NCBI RefSeq assembly: GCF_004010195.1
Contig: NC_057719.1
Coordinates: forward strand, 23,245,686-23,299,984
Direction of reading: 5' to 3'
Length of the DNA stretch: 54,299 nt
Origin: Chiloscyllium plagiosum
Taxonomy: Eukaryota
Under the pieces are notes generated by a model. That model was given only the letters and a program-made list of their open reading frames with translations, had not been told where the DNA came from and did not search any database. Position 1 is the stretch's first letter. Each line of letters starts with the position of its first letter. Both the position numbers and the translations under genes were made by a program. This document shows, piece by piece, positions 36,817 to 49,504 of the stretch.

Positions 36817-38785
36817 CTGAAAGGAGACAAATCCACATTTGAAGAGCATTAAGTGAAACTACTTAACCTTTTTTTTCACATTAATGCCGTGGGTCACTTT
36901 TTGTAAAGAACAGTATGGAGATAGGGAAGTCTATAAATTGGTGACAATCTTTCAAGAATGGATGCAAGCAGCCAAGTGAAAATATAATATTTATGCTGCA
37001 TTAAAGATGAGCAAGCAAGATCTGGCCAGTGCTAGTAATTAAAAATATTTCTGAACAGCAAAGCTAAATTAATAATGGATTAAACAAAGAAATGTTGATT
37101 TTGCACAGAGTAGCTTATTTGACTAAAAGCTTTGTCACATGATCTGGCATTTGTTTAAACAAAAAAATCTATTTTGGTTTGTCTGAATAGAGCAAAAATT
37201 TGAAAGGTTGTCCATTTTCACTCAAGGAGGAAAGATTAGAGCTAGAATTTTTCAATAATTCGATGGGGTGCTTAAATCCTGACTAAAGAGCTTCTGAGAG
37301 CACCATGTTGTCTCCATTGGGGAAGACACACCACATGAAGTGCCAATCAAGTGACGGGTGTTAGAGCTTCAGGATCAAGGAACATGGGGGAGGAAGTCCC
37401 ATTGACCCCCAACCCCCACAAGAGCTGCTGATCAATCAGGGGCTGGCAACTCTCCATTGCATTTGTATCATTGGAGTAGTAGTAGTTGCTGGCAATACAC
37501 CCAGCAGTGGGTGAGCATCAGCAAAGAACCTAGAACACTCAGGCTGCATGTAAGTGGGGGCAGGATGAGAGTCATAAGGAGCAGGTAGCTGGCTACATTG
37601 GTGAGAGGGGGTGCAGCACATAATCTTTCAATAAACACTCCTTCCCAAAGTCAAGTCTCTTGATGAGGCACAGACTTTCCTGAGAACCACTTAAAGACAC
37701 GAATGGTAGAAAGCCATTCTCAAACCATTCCAGTTCAGGGCAGAGACAGGAGAGATTCAGAGTCCCTCCCCATTGTTTGCCACCAACATCACCATGTTCC
37801 CACACATCAATAATAACCTTAGGCCTGGACGTTAAATCACATCCTGTATTGTTTTTGGCTGTGGTTCGCGAGAAATATATTCTATTTCTCCAAGTGTTGT
37901 GCCAAGTCTCTTATTGAAGAAATAATTATGATGCAAGACAACTTTTATGCAATATTTTAAATGAAATGGTTTTAATTTGCTGATTTTCTTTTGTCATTTC
38001 ACATTTAGTATACACCACATTTCCTACATTATTAATTAGTGGTAAAAGTGAATGCAAATTAATCTTCAGAATACAAACTACCGGTCTTCCTCATGAAATC
38101 TTATCAGGGCCTTTTTATTTTCTCGAAAGACTTTGACTCCTTTTTGGGGGATGTTTCAGAGGAATTCAATTCCCCATTATATCTCAGTAACATTGGCATA
38201 TGGCACCAGTCTGCTTTATTATTGATTATTCCATATGTAAGAGGAAAAGATAAGCCAAGGTCTAGATTTTTGACCTCATTCGGCACCCTTGCAGGGTGCA
38301 AACAATTCAGAATCATGAATCAAATTGATTCTGTTCCTCTTCAGCTCCTACAGTTTAATACCTGACCCTTTACACTAGTTATTGTTCAGACTAGGGCTAT
38401 CAAAAAGCATGACTTCAATATCTGCAGTTGAAACAGGAGTTGGCCAGCACTGCTGTTTAACATCAATTTCTAAAGGAATATCAAACATTTTCCAGTTTTA
38501 TCTGACAGAAATGTGCTTCGTAGCTTCCTGTGTTATTCATTCAACATGACTGACTCTAAATACCTTCGTATATCTGCTATTTAAGTATGTAAAGGTCTAA
38601 AAGAATTAACACTGAACACAAGGTACTCTAATGTTGGGGAGAAAATAATTTAGGATCTTGGAGGAGTAAGGCCTACAATGTCATAGTCACTGTAGCAATG
38701 TCACATTAATGTAACTTGTGCATTTCCTGTGTTGCAATAAACTACATCTTGTTCAAAACAAGACCCTCTTTTCATTACACTACTA

Positions 38786-40440
38786 AGTAAGACCATAACG
38801 CCATAACACAAAGGAGCAGAAAGTAGGCCTTTTGGCCCACCATGCCTGCTCTGCTGTCAATCATGGCTGATAAGTTTTTAAACTCCATTTTCTCATTTTC
38901 TCCCTGCAACCTTTGATCTCCTTCGCAATCAAAACTTATCTATCTCTGTTTTAAATAAACTCAATGACCTGGTCTCCATAGTCTTCTTTGGCAATGAATT
39001 CCACAGATTCACAACGCTCTGGCTGAAGAACTTTTTCCTTATCTCCTTTCTAAAAGGTCTTCCCCTTACTCTAAGGCTGTGCCCTTGGGTCCTCAGCTCT
39101 CCTGCCAATGGAAACATCTTCTCAATATCCACTTTGTCCAAATCATTCAGTATTCAGACAGTTTCAATCAGATCCCCCCTCATCCTTCTAAACTCAATCG
39201 AGTATAGTCCCAGAGTCCCCAGACGATCCTCATATGTTAAGCCTTTTCATTGCCGGGACCATTCTCGTGAATGTCCTCTGGATCCATTCAAGGGCCAATA
39301 CATCTTTCCTGAGGTACGGGATCCAAAATTGCTCACAATAATCTAATTGTGCTCCAGCCAGAATCTCAGAAGTATACCTTTGCTTTTATATTCTCATCCT
39401 CTCAAGATGAATGACAACATTGTATTTGCCTTCCTAACTACTGACTCAACCTACAAGTTTACCTTGAGAGAATCCTAGGCTAGAACTCCCAAATCTCTTT
39501 GCACTTCAGATTTCTGAATGTTCTCTCCATTTAGAAAATAGTCCATGCCTCTATTCTTCCTACCAAAGTGCATGACCTCATACTTACACACATTGCATTT
39601 CATCTGCAACTTCTTTGCCCACTCTCCTAACCTGTCCATATTCTTCTGCAGTCTCCCTGCATCCTCAATACGACCTGCCCCTCTATCTACCTTTGTAGCA
39701 CTTGCAAATTTAGCCAGAATGCCCTCAGTTCCTTCATCCAGATCATTAATGTATAAAGTCAAAGGTTGTGGTTCCTATACCTAACCTTTGTGGAATACCA
39801 CTAGTCACTGGCTTCCATGCTGAGAAGGATCCTTTTATCTGCTTTCTGCCAGACAGACAAGCTTCTATCCATGCTAGTACCCTGCCGTTGACACCATCTT
39901 ACTCAGTAGCCTCCTGCGCGGCACTTCATCAAAGGCTTTCTCAAAGTCCAGGTAGATAACATCCATTGGCTCTCCTTGGTCTAACCTGCTCATTACTTCC
40001 TCAAAGAAGTCTAGCAGATTTGTCAAGCATGACCTCTCCTTGATAAAACCACGCTGACTTTGCCCTATCTTACCATGCATTTCCATGTTTTCAGAAATGT
40101 CATCCTTCACAATGGACTCCAAAATCTTACTAATGACTGAGGTCAGGCTAATCGGCTTATAATTTCCTGTTTTTTTTTTGCCTTGCTCCCTTCTTAAATG
40201 GGAGGGGTTATATTAGCGATTTTCTAGTCCTCCAGGACCCTCCCAGACTCCAGTGATAGCTGAAAGATCACTACTGAAGCTTCCACTATCCCTTCAGCTA
40301 TTTCCTTCAGAGCTGTAGGGTATAGCCCATCTGGTCCAGTCTTTCAGATCTTACAATTTTTTGAACACCTTCTCCTTAGTGATGGCCACCAAACTCAGCT
40401 CTGCCCCCCTACCCCGACTTTCTTGAATTAGTTTTATAGT
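38786..40440 (-). mobile_element. CR1 LINE, older subfamily
   Basis: SCLTNLLDFF, DFEKAFDEVP, YINDLD, FFSQSVVNLWNSLP; tail TAAGACCATAA. Confidence 0.92.
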
Positions 40441-40548
40441 AGTTTTATAGTACCACACCAAAAAAAAACATGCACTGCAGCTTCCTGCCAGAAGATAGCA
40501 ACAGATTAATCTTACAGTGAGCAATTGTACAAACAGCTCATAGAATAT

Positions 40549-40898
40549 CCACATGGGATCAATGTGGATTTCACTAGTTTCCCCATTTCCCTGCCCCTCC
40601 CTTATCCCAGTCCCAACCTTCCAACTTGACACCACTCTCTTGAACAGTCCCACCTGTCCATTTTCCTTCCAATCTATTCACTCCACCCTCCTCTCTGACT
40701 GATCACTTTCATCCCCACCTTCATCTACCTATCGCATTCCCAGCTACCTTCCCCCTAGTCCCACCCCCCTCCCATTTATCTCTCAGCTCCCCTGGCCCAT
40801 AAACCTCATTTCTGATAAAGGGCTTGTGTCTGAAAAGTCGATTCTCCTGCTCTTCAGATGCTACCTGACCAACTGTGCTTTTCCAGCACAACACTCTT
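40549..40898 (+). mobile_element. Penelope-like 3' end and LTR with 15-bp TSD
   Basis: CAGCTCATAGAATAT at 40534-40548 and 40899-40913; begins PHGINVDFTSF; mutated hammerhead near 40812. Confidence 0.88.
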
Positions 40899-41431
40899 CA
40901 GCTCATAGAATATGAAGACCAGCTGTAAGGGTTGATCAGACAACACAGTGGCAAAAGGTATGGATTCTGTTTAGCTGCCTCCAAGTGATGGAGGTGAATA
41001 CTTCTTCAGATAAAATTTTAAGAGGCTGCTTATTCAGACAGTCAGCAGTAGGAAGAGCTGAATATTCACAAACCCCACTGAAAGGAATCTCATGGCAAGC
41101 TGCAGAAAGGCAGAATCGACAGTCAATAGTGAAATATTTCAGACCTGGTAAGAGACACGCAGCAGGAGGAATGTGTTCAAAACTCCCTGGAGCTGAAGTA
41201 GTAGTGACTCCAAGACAGTGACAGATTGCATCAGGTGCTGATGGTCTGTAGTCGCAGTCCCAGCTCAGTTTCAGCCAGATAGTGACTAGGCATTTGAGGA
41301 TTGATGTGTAAAGTTCAAATCCCTGATGGATGAAGGATACCTTTTTTAAAAAATGCAAATTTACAGGTGGAAAAGCAAAAAGTAAGAGAAATACGTCGAT
41401 CTTATATTGAACATTACCACCAACAAAGATC

Positions 41432-41548
41432 ATGAAGAAGCAGTGCTCCTAAAGCTTGTGATTTCAGATAAACCTGTTGGACTATAACCTGTTGTCGTGT
41501 GACTTCTGACTTTGTCCACTCCAGTCCAACACTGGCACCTCCACATCA
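41432..41548 (+). mobile_element. Penelope-like LTR fragment (12378 family)
   Basis: ATGAAGAAGCAGTGCTCCTAAAGCTTGTG...GGCACCTCCACATCA. Confidence 0.72.
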
Positions 41549-42154
41549 GAAGGAAAGTGACAGAAGGACATTTTCAAAGATGGGATAGACAAGGCCTCAT
41601 GAAAGAAGAATATCAGGACACTTTGTTAAGGCACTTGAAAAAAATTAGAGATCCATTATTAAAACCACAGTAAAGGCTGGAAGCATTTATTGAAACCACA
41701 GATGACTGAAATCTTTCAGGGAAACCAAGAGAGAAACGGAACCACAGACTGCAGGAAGGTCTGCACTATATCAGAAGATCTGGGCCAAAACCTATTATCG
41801 TTTTATCATGATGGAGAAATTGGATACTCCATAAATAGCCTGAGTCAGTAAGCCAGTGAAAATTCTGTCAAGTTCATTCAACGACGGGCAACACTTTTGT
41901 TTGTTTTACAATGAAATTAGAACTTATTAATTTCAAAAGATTTTGATCTGCTCCATTCAACAGTAGCCCCAGTGGAATTGCAGTGAATCGTTGGCACCAA
42001 CTTCTGGAAATCAATAATTAACTGCTCATGTGCAGATGACGGGATTCCCGTTCGATCTGGAATTTTGATTTAATTTTCTCTCCACTGAGGCTGCTGATTA
42101 TTTCCAGCATTTTCTATTTTCTTGCCAGAAATTGTCGTCAGTCTCACAGTTACT

Positions 42155-42512
42155 GGGAAGGTGATGGCCTAATGGTATTATCGCTCAGCTATTAATTCAG
42201 TGATCCCAGTAATTTTCTGAGACCCAGGTTCAAATCCTGCCATGGTAGATGTTGGCACCTGCATTCAATGAATATCTGGAATTAGGAGTGTAATGATGAC
42301 CATCAAACCAATGTTAATTTTCAGGAAAAACCCATCTACTTCACTAATGTCCTTTAGGGAAGAAAATCTGCCATCCTTATCTGCTATGTCTACACATCAC
42401 TCCATACCCAGAGCAATGTGGTTGACATTTAACTGCCCTTGGGTCAATAGGGAAGGGTAATAAATGCTGGCCTGGCAAATAACACCTCCGTCTTCTGAAT
42501 GAATTTAAAAAA
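42155..42512 (+). mobile_element. SINE-B, full length
   Basis: B box GGTTCAAATCC, body and AATAAATGCTGG...GAATGAAT tail as at 990. Confidence 0.8.
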
Positions 42513-42711
42513 GCGTGACAGGAAAGCTTAGTCATCGTTACAACAGCAAAATCCAGGTATAATGGTTTGTAGAAATTGAGTAATAATAAGCAATGTCGCA
42601 GTATAATAACTTGATAGTTTCTTGGGCAAGTTATTAAATATTATAGGAGTCTCACTCTCTCTTTCTATCTCTCTCTCTCCCTTATGAGTAACCTTGCTGT
42701 GTTGACAAACA

Positions 42712-43030
42712 GTACAAGACAAAAGAGCAGAAATAGGCCATTTGTCCGATTGAGTCTGCTCCGTTACTCAATAAGATCATGGCTGATCCGATAATCCTCC
42801 ACGTTCCTGCCTTTTGTTTGCATCCCTTGCTTTCTGTACTGATTAAAGGAGTGTTTATCTCAGCCTTGAATATTCAGCCTCTACAGTTCGCTGTGCTAAA
42901 GAGAGAAAAAATTCCTCCCTCTCTGTCACAAATAGGTGACCCCTTACTCTGTGATTATGCTTCCTTGTCCTAGACTCTCCCAAAGGGACAAACGAGCTCT
43001 CACTGGACAGTGTTGACCATTGTCTTGACA
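42712..43030 (-). mobile_element. Old CR1 3' end
   Basis: GESRTRKHNHRVRG; 3' UTR like that at 38810. Confidence 0.7.
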
Positions 43031-44020
43031 AAGGCATATCTTTTGCACACTTAGAAACAAAGCCTTCTGAGATTTGAAATGGGGTAGGACAGTGTCATGA
43101 CCCAGATTGTAAACCAATAGTTTGAGTAAATGATAAGCTTTGTGCACTTTGGATGGCAATAGGAGGAATTACTTTGAACATCTGTGTCTTTCTAATGGGC
43201 AATTGAAAAATAACAGTAACAGTGAGAAAATTGAATCACTGGCATGAAGTTCCCCAAAATAGAACATATAAATCGGCTCTCAAAAGGGCAAACTCATTTT
43301 GGAAAAAAACAGAACTTCTTGAAGTGGATCAGTGCTGGTTCCAGCCTAGCAATTTGATTGGCTCAGGAAGACTTTGGACAGGGCAAAGCTTTTCTATGTA
43401 ATCCATGCAAGTTTCAGCGTAGCACTTTGGGTTGTTCAAGACTGAAGGAAACAGAAGAGATTGCTGTGTTCAACCATGCAGATCAGCCTCATCCATGTGT
43501 TTGTCCAATCCTGGGCCAATAAATGGTTCTTTGAAAACTATCACAGCCAACTACAGAGATCAACAGCCCCTTACTTCCTTCATCAGTTCATAAACCATTC
43601 TCACCTGTTATGCTTTGTATTTACCTTATTTACAATACCTCAACTGTTGCATTTTAATATATTGATTTAATATCATCTATGACGTTAATCCTCTTTGTTT
43701 AATCTAACTCCCTGGCAAAAATCATTGGAACAAATTAATTGATTGAATGGCCTGTACTTGTCCCAGGCTTCATTTTATCTCACATTCCTTTATTTCTGAC
43801 AAACATAAACTTTTATGGCATTCATATAGCATTATTCACAGCAACTCAGCTGCGTAAGCAAAACTTGTTCAGATACTCAGGGGTAATAGGCTCTGGGTAT
43901 TCCTCTATCAATGTAAAGGAAAGGACATGCAGCAAATCCATTGGTGATACGCTATTGCTGATTGCTAAACAGATCAGTCTATGAGAGACAGGTTGTATTA
44001 CAAGTAACACGTGAGAAGTA

Positions 44021-44081
44021 ATCTTCGAGGGGAAAGTGAGGACTGCAGATGCTGGAGATCAGAGCTGAAAATGTGTTGCTG
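44021..44081 (-). mobile_element. 61-bp Penelope-like LTR tip with 15-bp TSD
   Basis: AACACGTGAGAAGTA at 44006-44020 and 44082-44096; insert matches 27431-27470. Confidence 0.88.
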
Positions 44082-44469
44082 AACACGTGAGAAGTAGTCA
44101 GCTGATGTTGTAGTGACATAGAATCAATCAGAGGGCTGGATGGTACATGATTTTGGCTAAGTCCAAGTTGCTTCAAGTATTTTGGGAGGCTTTTTCACCA
44201 TGTGGTCTAGTGAGTTTGCTCACCATATCTTACCAAACTTACCTCATAAACTACTTATCCTCCACCTTTGGCACCTCTCACATCCAATTCCATCACATCT
44301 TACCACACACCATTCCCAGAACAACTCACCATTAAGTGGTTATCCCAGAATTCACCAGCATCCCTTACACCTGCTCTAATTTTTAAAGCCAATTGTTCAC
44401 CCAGATGAGCACTGTCAGTCCAGAACTTTCCTGCGACAGTTGTTGACAATTGCCCCAGATTTGTAAATG

Positions 44470-44680
44470 GGAGAAATCAGTACCCACTTTGTGGGCAGGG
44501 TCCTGAATGTTCTGCTTGCCAACTTGGAACATCCTCTTCACACAGGAAGAGCAATGAAAGCCATGATATTAGACCATGCCAACCTAGTCCAAGATTGTCA
44601 TCTGGGTTGGAGCAGTCACAGCCATCTGGAGAAAGGCCCAGCAATACACACATTCATAAGCAAAAGTGATAAAATCTACT
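44470..44680 (+). pseudogene. Harbinger Myb/SANT-like protein remnant
   Basis: THFVGRVLNVLLAN, then after a frameshift ILFTQEEQ*KP*Y*TMPT*SKIVIWVGAVTAIWRKAQQY. Confidence 0.55.
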
Positions 44681-44886
44681 GTCCGATATCTCCCCTAACG
44701 TGTCCACCTCCTATCAAGATTCGTGCTCTTGCCTGGAAAATCTTCCCTACACACTCACACCAACCCTAGCTCCCAACATCATTAACCCTACATGCCCTCT
44801 GCACTACCCACTCACTCATTCAGAAAACCTCCCCATCTGCTCCAAAAGTAATAGTTGTGCAGCCCAATTTCATCTTCTATAATTCA

Positions 44887-45243
44887 GGTGGCACGGTGGC
44901 TCAGTGTATAACACATTGCCTCAGTATATAATGCAGTGCCTCACAGTGCCAGGAACCCAGAACCCATTGCAGCCTCGGCTGACTGTCTGTGCACATCCTC
45001 CCCGTGTCTGTGTGAGTTTCTGCAGAATGCTCTGGTTTCCTCCCACTGTCCAAAGACATGTAAATTAAATGGATGGGCCATGTCAAGTTGTTCATAGTGT
45101 CCAAGGGATGTTTGGGGTGGGTGGATTAGCCATGGGAAATGCAGGATTATGGGGATAGGGGCTAGGTATGGGTGGGATGCTCACTGAAGGTTGATACTGA
45201 TTTGATGGCCGAGCGGCTTCTTTACCCACTGTATGGATTTTAT
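44887..45243 (+). mobile_element. HE1-like SINE
   Basis: GGTGGCACGGTGGCTCAGTG head, core GGTTTCCTCCCACTGTCCAAAGA. Confidence 0.82.
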
Positions 45244-45572
45244 ACCTTCCTCTCTCTCTCATTCAAGCCAGAAACAGCTCACTATAGGGCATAAAGATTC
45301 ATGACAGGAGCTGTGATCCCCATCATATGGCTCCTTACACTTTACATGGAGAGGGTTCTGACTCCCACTGCCCTGAGCAGGGCCTAAACTCACACTAGAG
45401 GTGAAGGTGGCCCTTGATGCTGTATTGGCAACCGCTCAGCAAAGGTTACCCCCTTAAACTGACTGAGGGTGACTTTCCGGCTTTGTGTTTGTGTTAAATA
45501 GCATAGCAAGACAGAGTAATATGAGCTTGGTATCTCTGGCTGATGAGGCAAGACACAAAAAGGCATTGTAAG

Positions 45573-46012
45573 GCAATGTAAGGCAGGTATCCTGTGAGCT
45601 TCCAGGTAAGTTCAGACTGACTGAGTGCAATGCAAGACAGGTATGCTGTGAGTATACAGGCAGGTTCAGAGTGATTGAGCATAATGCAAGGCAGGTATAC
45701 TGTGAGCATCCAGGCAGGTTCAGAGTGACTGAGTGCAATGCAAGGCAGGTATGCTGTGAGTGTACAGGCAGGTTCAGAGTGATTGAGTGCAATGCAAGGC
45801 AGGTATGTGTGAGTATACAGGCAGGTTCAGAGTGATTGAGTGCAATGCAAGGCAGGTATGCTGTGAGTGTACAGGCAGGTTCAGAGTGATTGAGCACAAT
45901 GCAAGGCAGGTATGTGTGAGTATACAGGCAGGTTCAGAGTGATTGAGCACAATGCAAGGCTGGTATATTGTGAGCATCCTGGCAGGTTTAGAGTGACTGA
46001 GTGCAATGCAAG
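45573..46012. repeat. 54-bp minisatellite, 8 full copies plus a partial
   Basis: Unit GCAATGCAAGGCAGGTATGCTGTGAGTGTACAGGCAGGTTCAGAGTGATTGAGT starting at 45573, 45627, 45681, 45735, 45789, 45842, 45896 and 45949. Confidence 0.97.
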
Positions 46013-46615
46013 CAAAGAACCTTTGCCTGATCCAAGCCCATGGCTAGGCAGGCCTTTCCCTGAGTATAAAGTGTCTTTGTTGCAGCATTTTAGTGACAGC
46101 TGCTAGTGCAGTCCGAGGAACAACATTGAAGTGTAGAGGTGACCTGGTAATGGATTGAAGGTGTGCCATAAAGACTTTTAGAAGTTGGCACATTTTGGAT
46201 GCCAGTGTCCATGGAACTGGGGTGCACGTTGTCCATGTAGCATGCCCTGAAGTGTCGGTGCCCAATTTCCAATGTGGAGGTCTTTTGGAATAACTGGTAA
46301 GTTCTATCCACTGGGTACCCACTCTGGTTACCTTGTCAAGTTTTCCTGATGCCAAGCTTGTTTTGTGAGGTTTATGAGATGGAAGACAGAATATTAATGA
46401 GGCAAGTCATGCCATTAACAGGCAGTTAAAAAATTAGAAATTTCTATCAATTGGCAAGTCACTGCTGTCCAGTGAGAATCTCACCACGCTGTTTGTAAAG
46501 AGAATGAAAGTGAACATAGATTACTCTTGATGTTGAGATGGGCCTCACTTTGTCACCTGCTGCTGCCACACATCTTGCTATAGGGAATCCATCAGATCCC
46601 AGTAAGACTCTGCCC

Positions 46616-47830
46616 ATAGAGTTTTACTGCACAGAAGAAGGCTCTTCGGCCCATCATGTCCGAGCCAGTCATCAAGCACCTATCTACTCTAATCTTGTTT
46701 TCCAGCATTTGACTTTGTAAGCTATGCCACCTCAAATGATCATCGAATTTTTAATGTCTTGAATGGTCCCACCTACACCATGCTTTCAGGCAGTGAGTTC
46801 TGAAAGCCCCCCACCCACTACGCGAAAAAAAAGCTATTCCTCAAATCCCCTCTAAATGCCTGTTCTGTTCCTTGAATCTAAAGGCCTGTTCTGTTGCCTT
46901 TTCTTATTGATCCCTCTACTAAGACAAAATGTTTCTTAATGCCAACCCTTCATTATTTTGTACATCTCAATCAGCTCCCTCCAGAGTCTTCTCTGCTCCA
47001 AGGAAAATAACCCCAGCGTATCTCATCTCTAAAGCTGAAATAGTCTGGTACAGGCAACATCCTGTTGAATCTTTTCCCAGTATGTTGGAGATTAGTGCTG
47101 CAAGACACTACTCCGGCAATGACCTAACTTATGTCTGGGACAGTTTCATCAAAACTCCTTGTTCTTCTATTTTTAAATTTTTTTTTTACCCCCACACTAT
47201 CGCCTAACTGCGGTAGTGCTTATATTTTCCCCAACACCTATGTTGTGTGTGTGCATGTGTGAGACACAGTGAAAGACAGCAGGTGTACAAATCTTTATTC
47301 AATTTCCACCACCAGGAAGAAAGGAAACACCCGAGTGGCCAGTGACAAGCAGTGCCCTTCACATCAAAGTGCAATGCTGTGTGATCAAACAGTGAAGGGG
47401 AGGGCAGGGATTTAATTAAAGGGGGAAATAATGCACTCCACTCCCTGCGGTGCCCATCTTTCCCTGAAAATCTCAAGGTTTTGGTGGACACCTTGCTCCT
47501 TCTCCAGGGACACCCGGGCTCTTTCCTTGTTCTTCTATTCAGTGTCTCAAACAGTGGACACACGTATCCATATTCTTTCTTAACAACCTCATCCACCTTA
47601 AAGGTTCTATTTACATACATACACACCAAGGTCCCACTGATCATCTGTACTTCCAAGATTCCTATCATTCATTGTGTACTTTCTTGCTTTGGTACTCCTC
47701 TCAAAATGCATCACCTCAGATTTTCAGTATTGAATTCCATTTGCAACTGTCCTGCTCAGCTGACCAGCCTATTTATAGCTTCCTGAAGCCTCAGGCTTTC
47801 CTCTTCACTATTTGCAATTCCCCCATTTCT
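46616..47830 (-). mobile_element. Old CR1 3' portion, interrupted by a Tx1-like insertion
   Basis: Degenerate CR1 3' UTR and RT (CAAAATGCATCACCTCA...TTGAATTCCATTTGC). Confidence 0.75.
47172..47523 (-). mobile_element. L1/Tx1-like LINE 3' end with A-rich tail and 16-bp TSD
   Basis: TCCTTGTTCTTCTATT at 47156-47171 and 47524-47539; encodes ARVSLEKEQGVHQNLEIFRERWAPQGVECIIS; AATAAA in 3' UTR. Confidence 0.82.
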
Positions 47831-48099
47831 GTAATGTGCTGTGAAAGGGAGCCCTTTCTTTGGGGGGAGAGGATGAGGGTTACTATTAAGCTGTATTTTA
47901 GTAGAATTCTACTCCCCCAGTGTTGTATGAAAACTCTGGTTGTACGATATACGTTTAGAGGAGGCTACAAATCTCAGACTTCCCTATGGGGGCATGGCAA
48001 TTACTTCACTGGAAAGTTTCAATGCCACAGTGTGTGAGGTCATAATATGAGACTTCATTGTGATGGATGTGGGGGGCTCAAGTGTTCCTCCAGTAAAAT

Positions 48100-48720
48100 T
48101 GTGCTATCTTTTTGACCTTCCCCACAGATGATCTGCTCATACATCTGACATGGAGTCCTTATGGCTGAAGTCCTTGTGGCCTTGCTTGAAATCCAGTGAC
48201 CACATGGAAGGAGAAATCAATTACTATGTCATCAGAATGGGCAATACTGAGAACGGTCCATGAGTGAATAAAAAAAAGGTACTGGTGCCATTTTCTCCAG
48301 ATTATAGCTGTTCATAACCTTCGCCTAATAAGGAGAGGACTCAGGCTTCCCAGGCAGTATGGCTGTACATAATCACTTGTATCCACCAAGTACAAGGCAT
48401 GACCGATTACAGCCATGTTGCTTTGAGAGAACTCTATCACCAGCCTGAAGAGTAGATTGACAGAAACACTTTCACTTTATCAATGTGCCTGTTGATGGCA
48501 AATCCTGAAGGTCAGCACTGGGACTCTGATATACTGGAGAACTCACAGGATCCTGAATCTTTCCAAGGCCCTCAAGCTATACAGGGAGGCCAGGAGGACC
48601 CCTCATCAAAACATGGCTCATAACAACATTACGAAACATTAGACTGATGTCAAAGGAAGAGACAACACTCCTCTCATTTCCACCAATGTTTGATATCTTC
48701 GGGTGATGCCATTGTCAAGT
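48100..48720 (+). pseudogene. PIF/Harbinger (HARBI1-like) DDE transposase remnant
   Basis: QVQGMTDYSHVALR (cf. GAIDCTHV), FHFINV (cf. FHSINVQ), DSDILENSQ (cf. HDSxIL), PLIKTWLIT (cf. YPLxxWLMTP), in the expected order. Confidence 0.75.
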
Positions 48721-49174
48721 ACCTGCACAGTACAGGTCCTATTGATAGTTAGGGAAGAAGCAGCAGTCACTGAGATGGCGAACTGCCATTGCATGGCACT
48801 AAGGTTAGGTAACTCTTAAGGCTTCAGGCAGGTTTTTATTGCTGAGTTTTGTGTGGTAAAGCCTCTTATAAAAGTCAGTAGAATGAGAGGAATCTCTTTT
48901 TGACTCTTCCTTCATGTGTTCGAGTGTGTGTAAGCTGCTAAATTTCCTTGAAATGCTTGAGTATCCTGTAGTACAGTGTTCAGCCTGTGAGAGGCAGCAT
49001 TTTGTACAGCTTTCCTCAGCACACTATGAGGGAGAATAGACATGTGGGCTGACCATTTTTCATCTGCCAGCCTTTCGCTTTGGTGTGTTCCTTTCAAAAT
49101 CTTTAAGATAGATTGAACCTTTCCCTGAAGAGATGTGTGGAACTGTCATTGATTCTGTAATTTCACTCACAAAG

Positions 49175-49468
49175 ATTTTTTTTCATTCATTAATAAGATG
49201 TGGCCATCTTTACTTACCTATAGGGCAGTTAAGAGCTGTAGGTCTGGAGTCAAATGTCTATAAGAATGGCAGTTTTCCTTCCTTAAATAACATCAGTGAA
49301 CCAGATGAATTTTTCTGACAATCAGTACTGGCTTCATGACCATTATTAGACTGTCGATTCCAGATTTTTATCAAATTCAAATTCCACCATCTTCCATGGC
49401 AGGATTTGAACCTGGCTCCCCAGAACATTACCTGGGTCTCTAGATTAATAGACTTGACAATGCCACCA
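49175..49468 (-). mobile_element. SINE-B
   Basis: CAAATTCCACCATC...GGATTTGAACC; homologous to 990 and 42155. Confidence 0.75.
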
Positions 49469-49504
49469 CACACATGCAGAGGACAGAAGATCAACAATCT
49501 TATC

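Larger units (their letters stand above)
44140..46615. mobile_element. Decayed PIF/Harbinger DNA transposon, copy 2 (inverted relative to copy 1)
   Basis: Right terminus TAAGACTCTGCCC; 44220-44400 homologous to the reverse complement of 35060-35180; Myb remnant. Left end approximate. Confidence 0.55.

Noticed and set aside
37260..37830. GC-richer block resembling 11640-11990 and 10230-10380, possibly old non-autonomous DNA transposons
   Set aside because: Too degenerate to define ends, TIRs or family by eye.
38093..38365. Overlapping 90-aa and 70-aa ORFs in unique DNA
   Set aside because: No recognisable domain or good splice sites; length expected by chance.
45573..46012. CRISPR-like array, or a repetitive protein from ORF 45454-45897
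   Set aside because: Units are contiguous with no unique spacers, no cas genes and a vertebrate context; the ORFs are by-products of the repeat.
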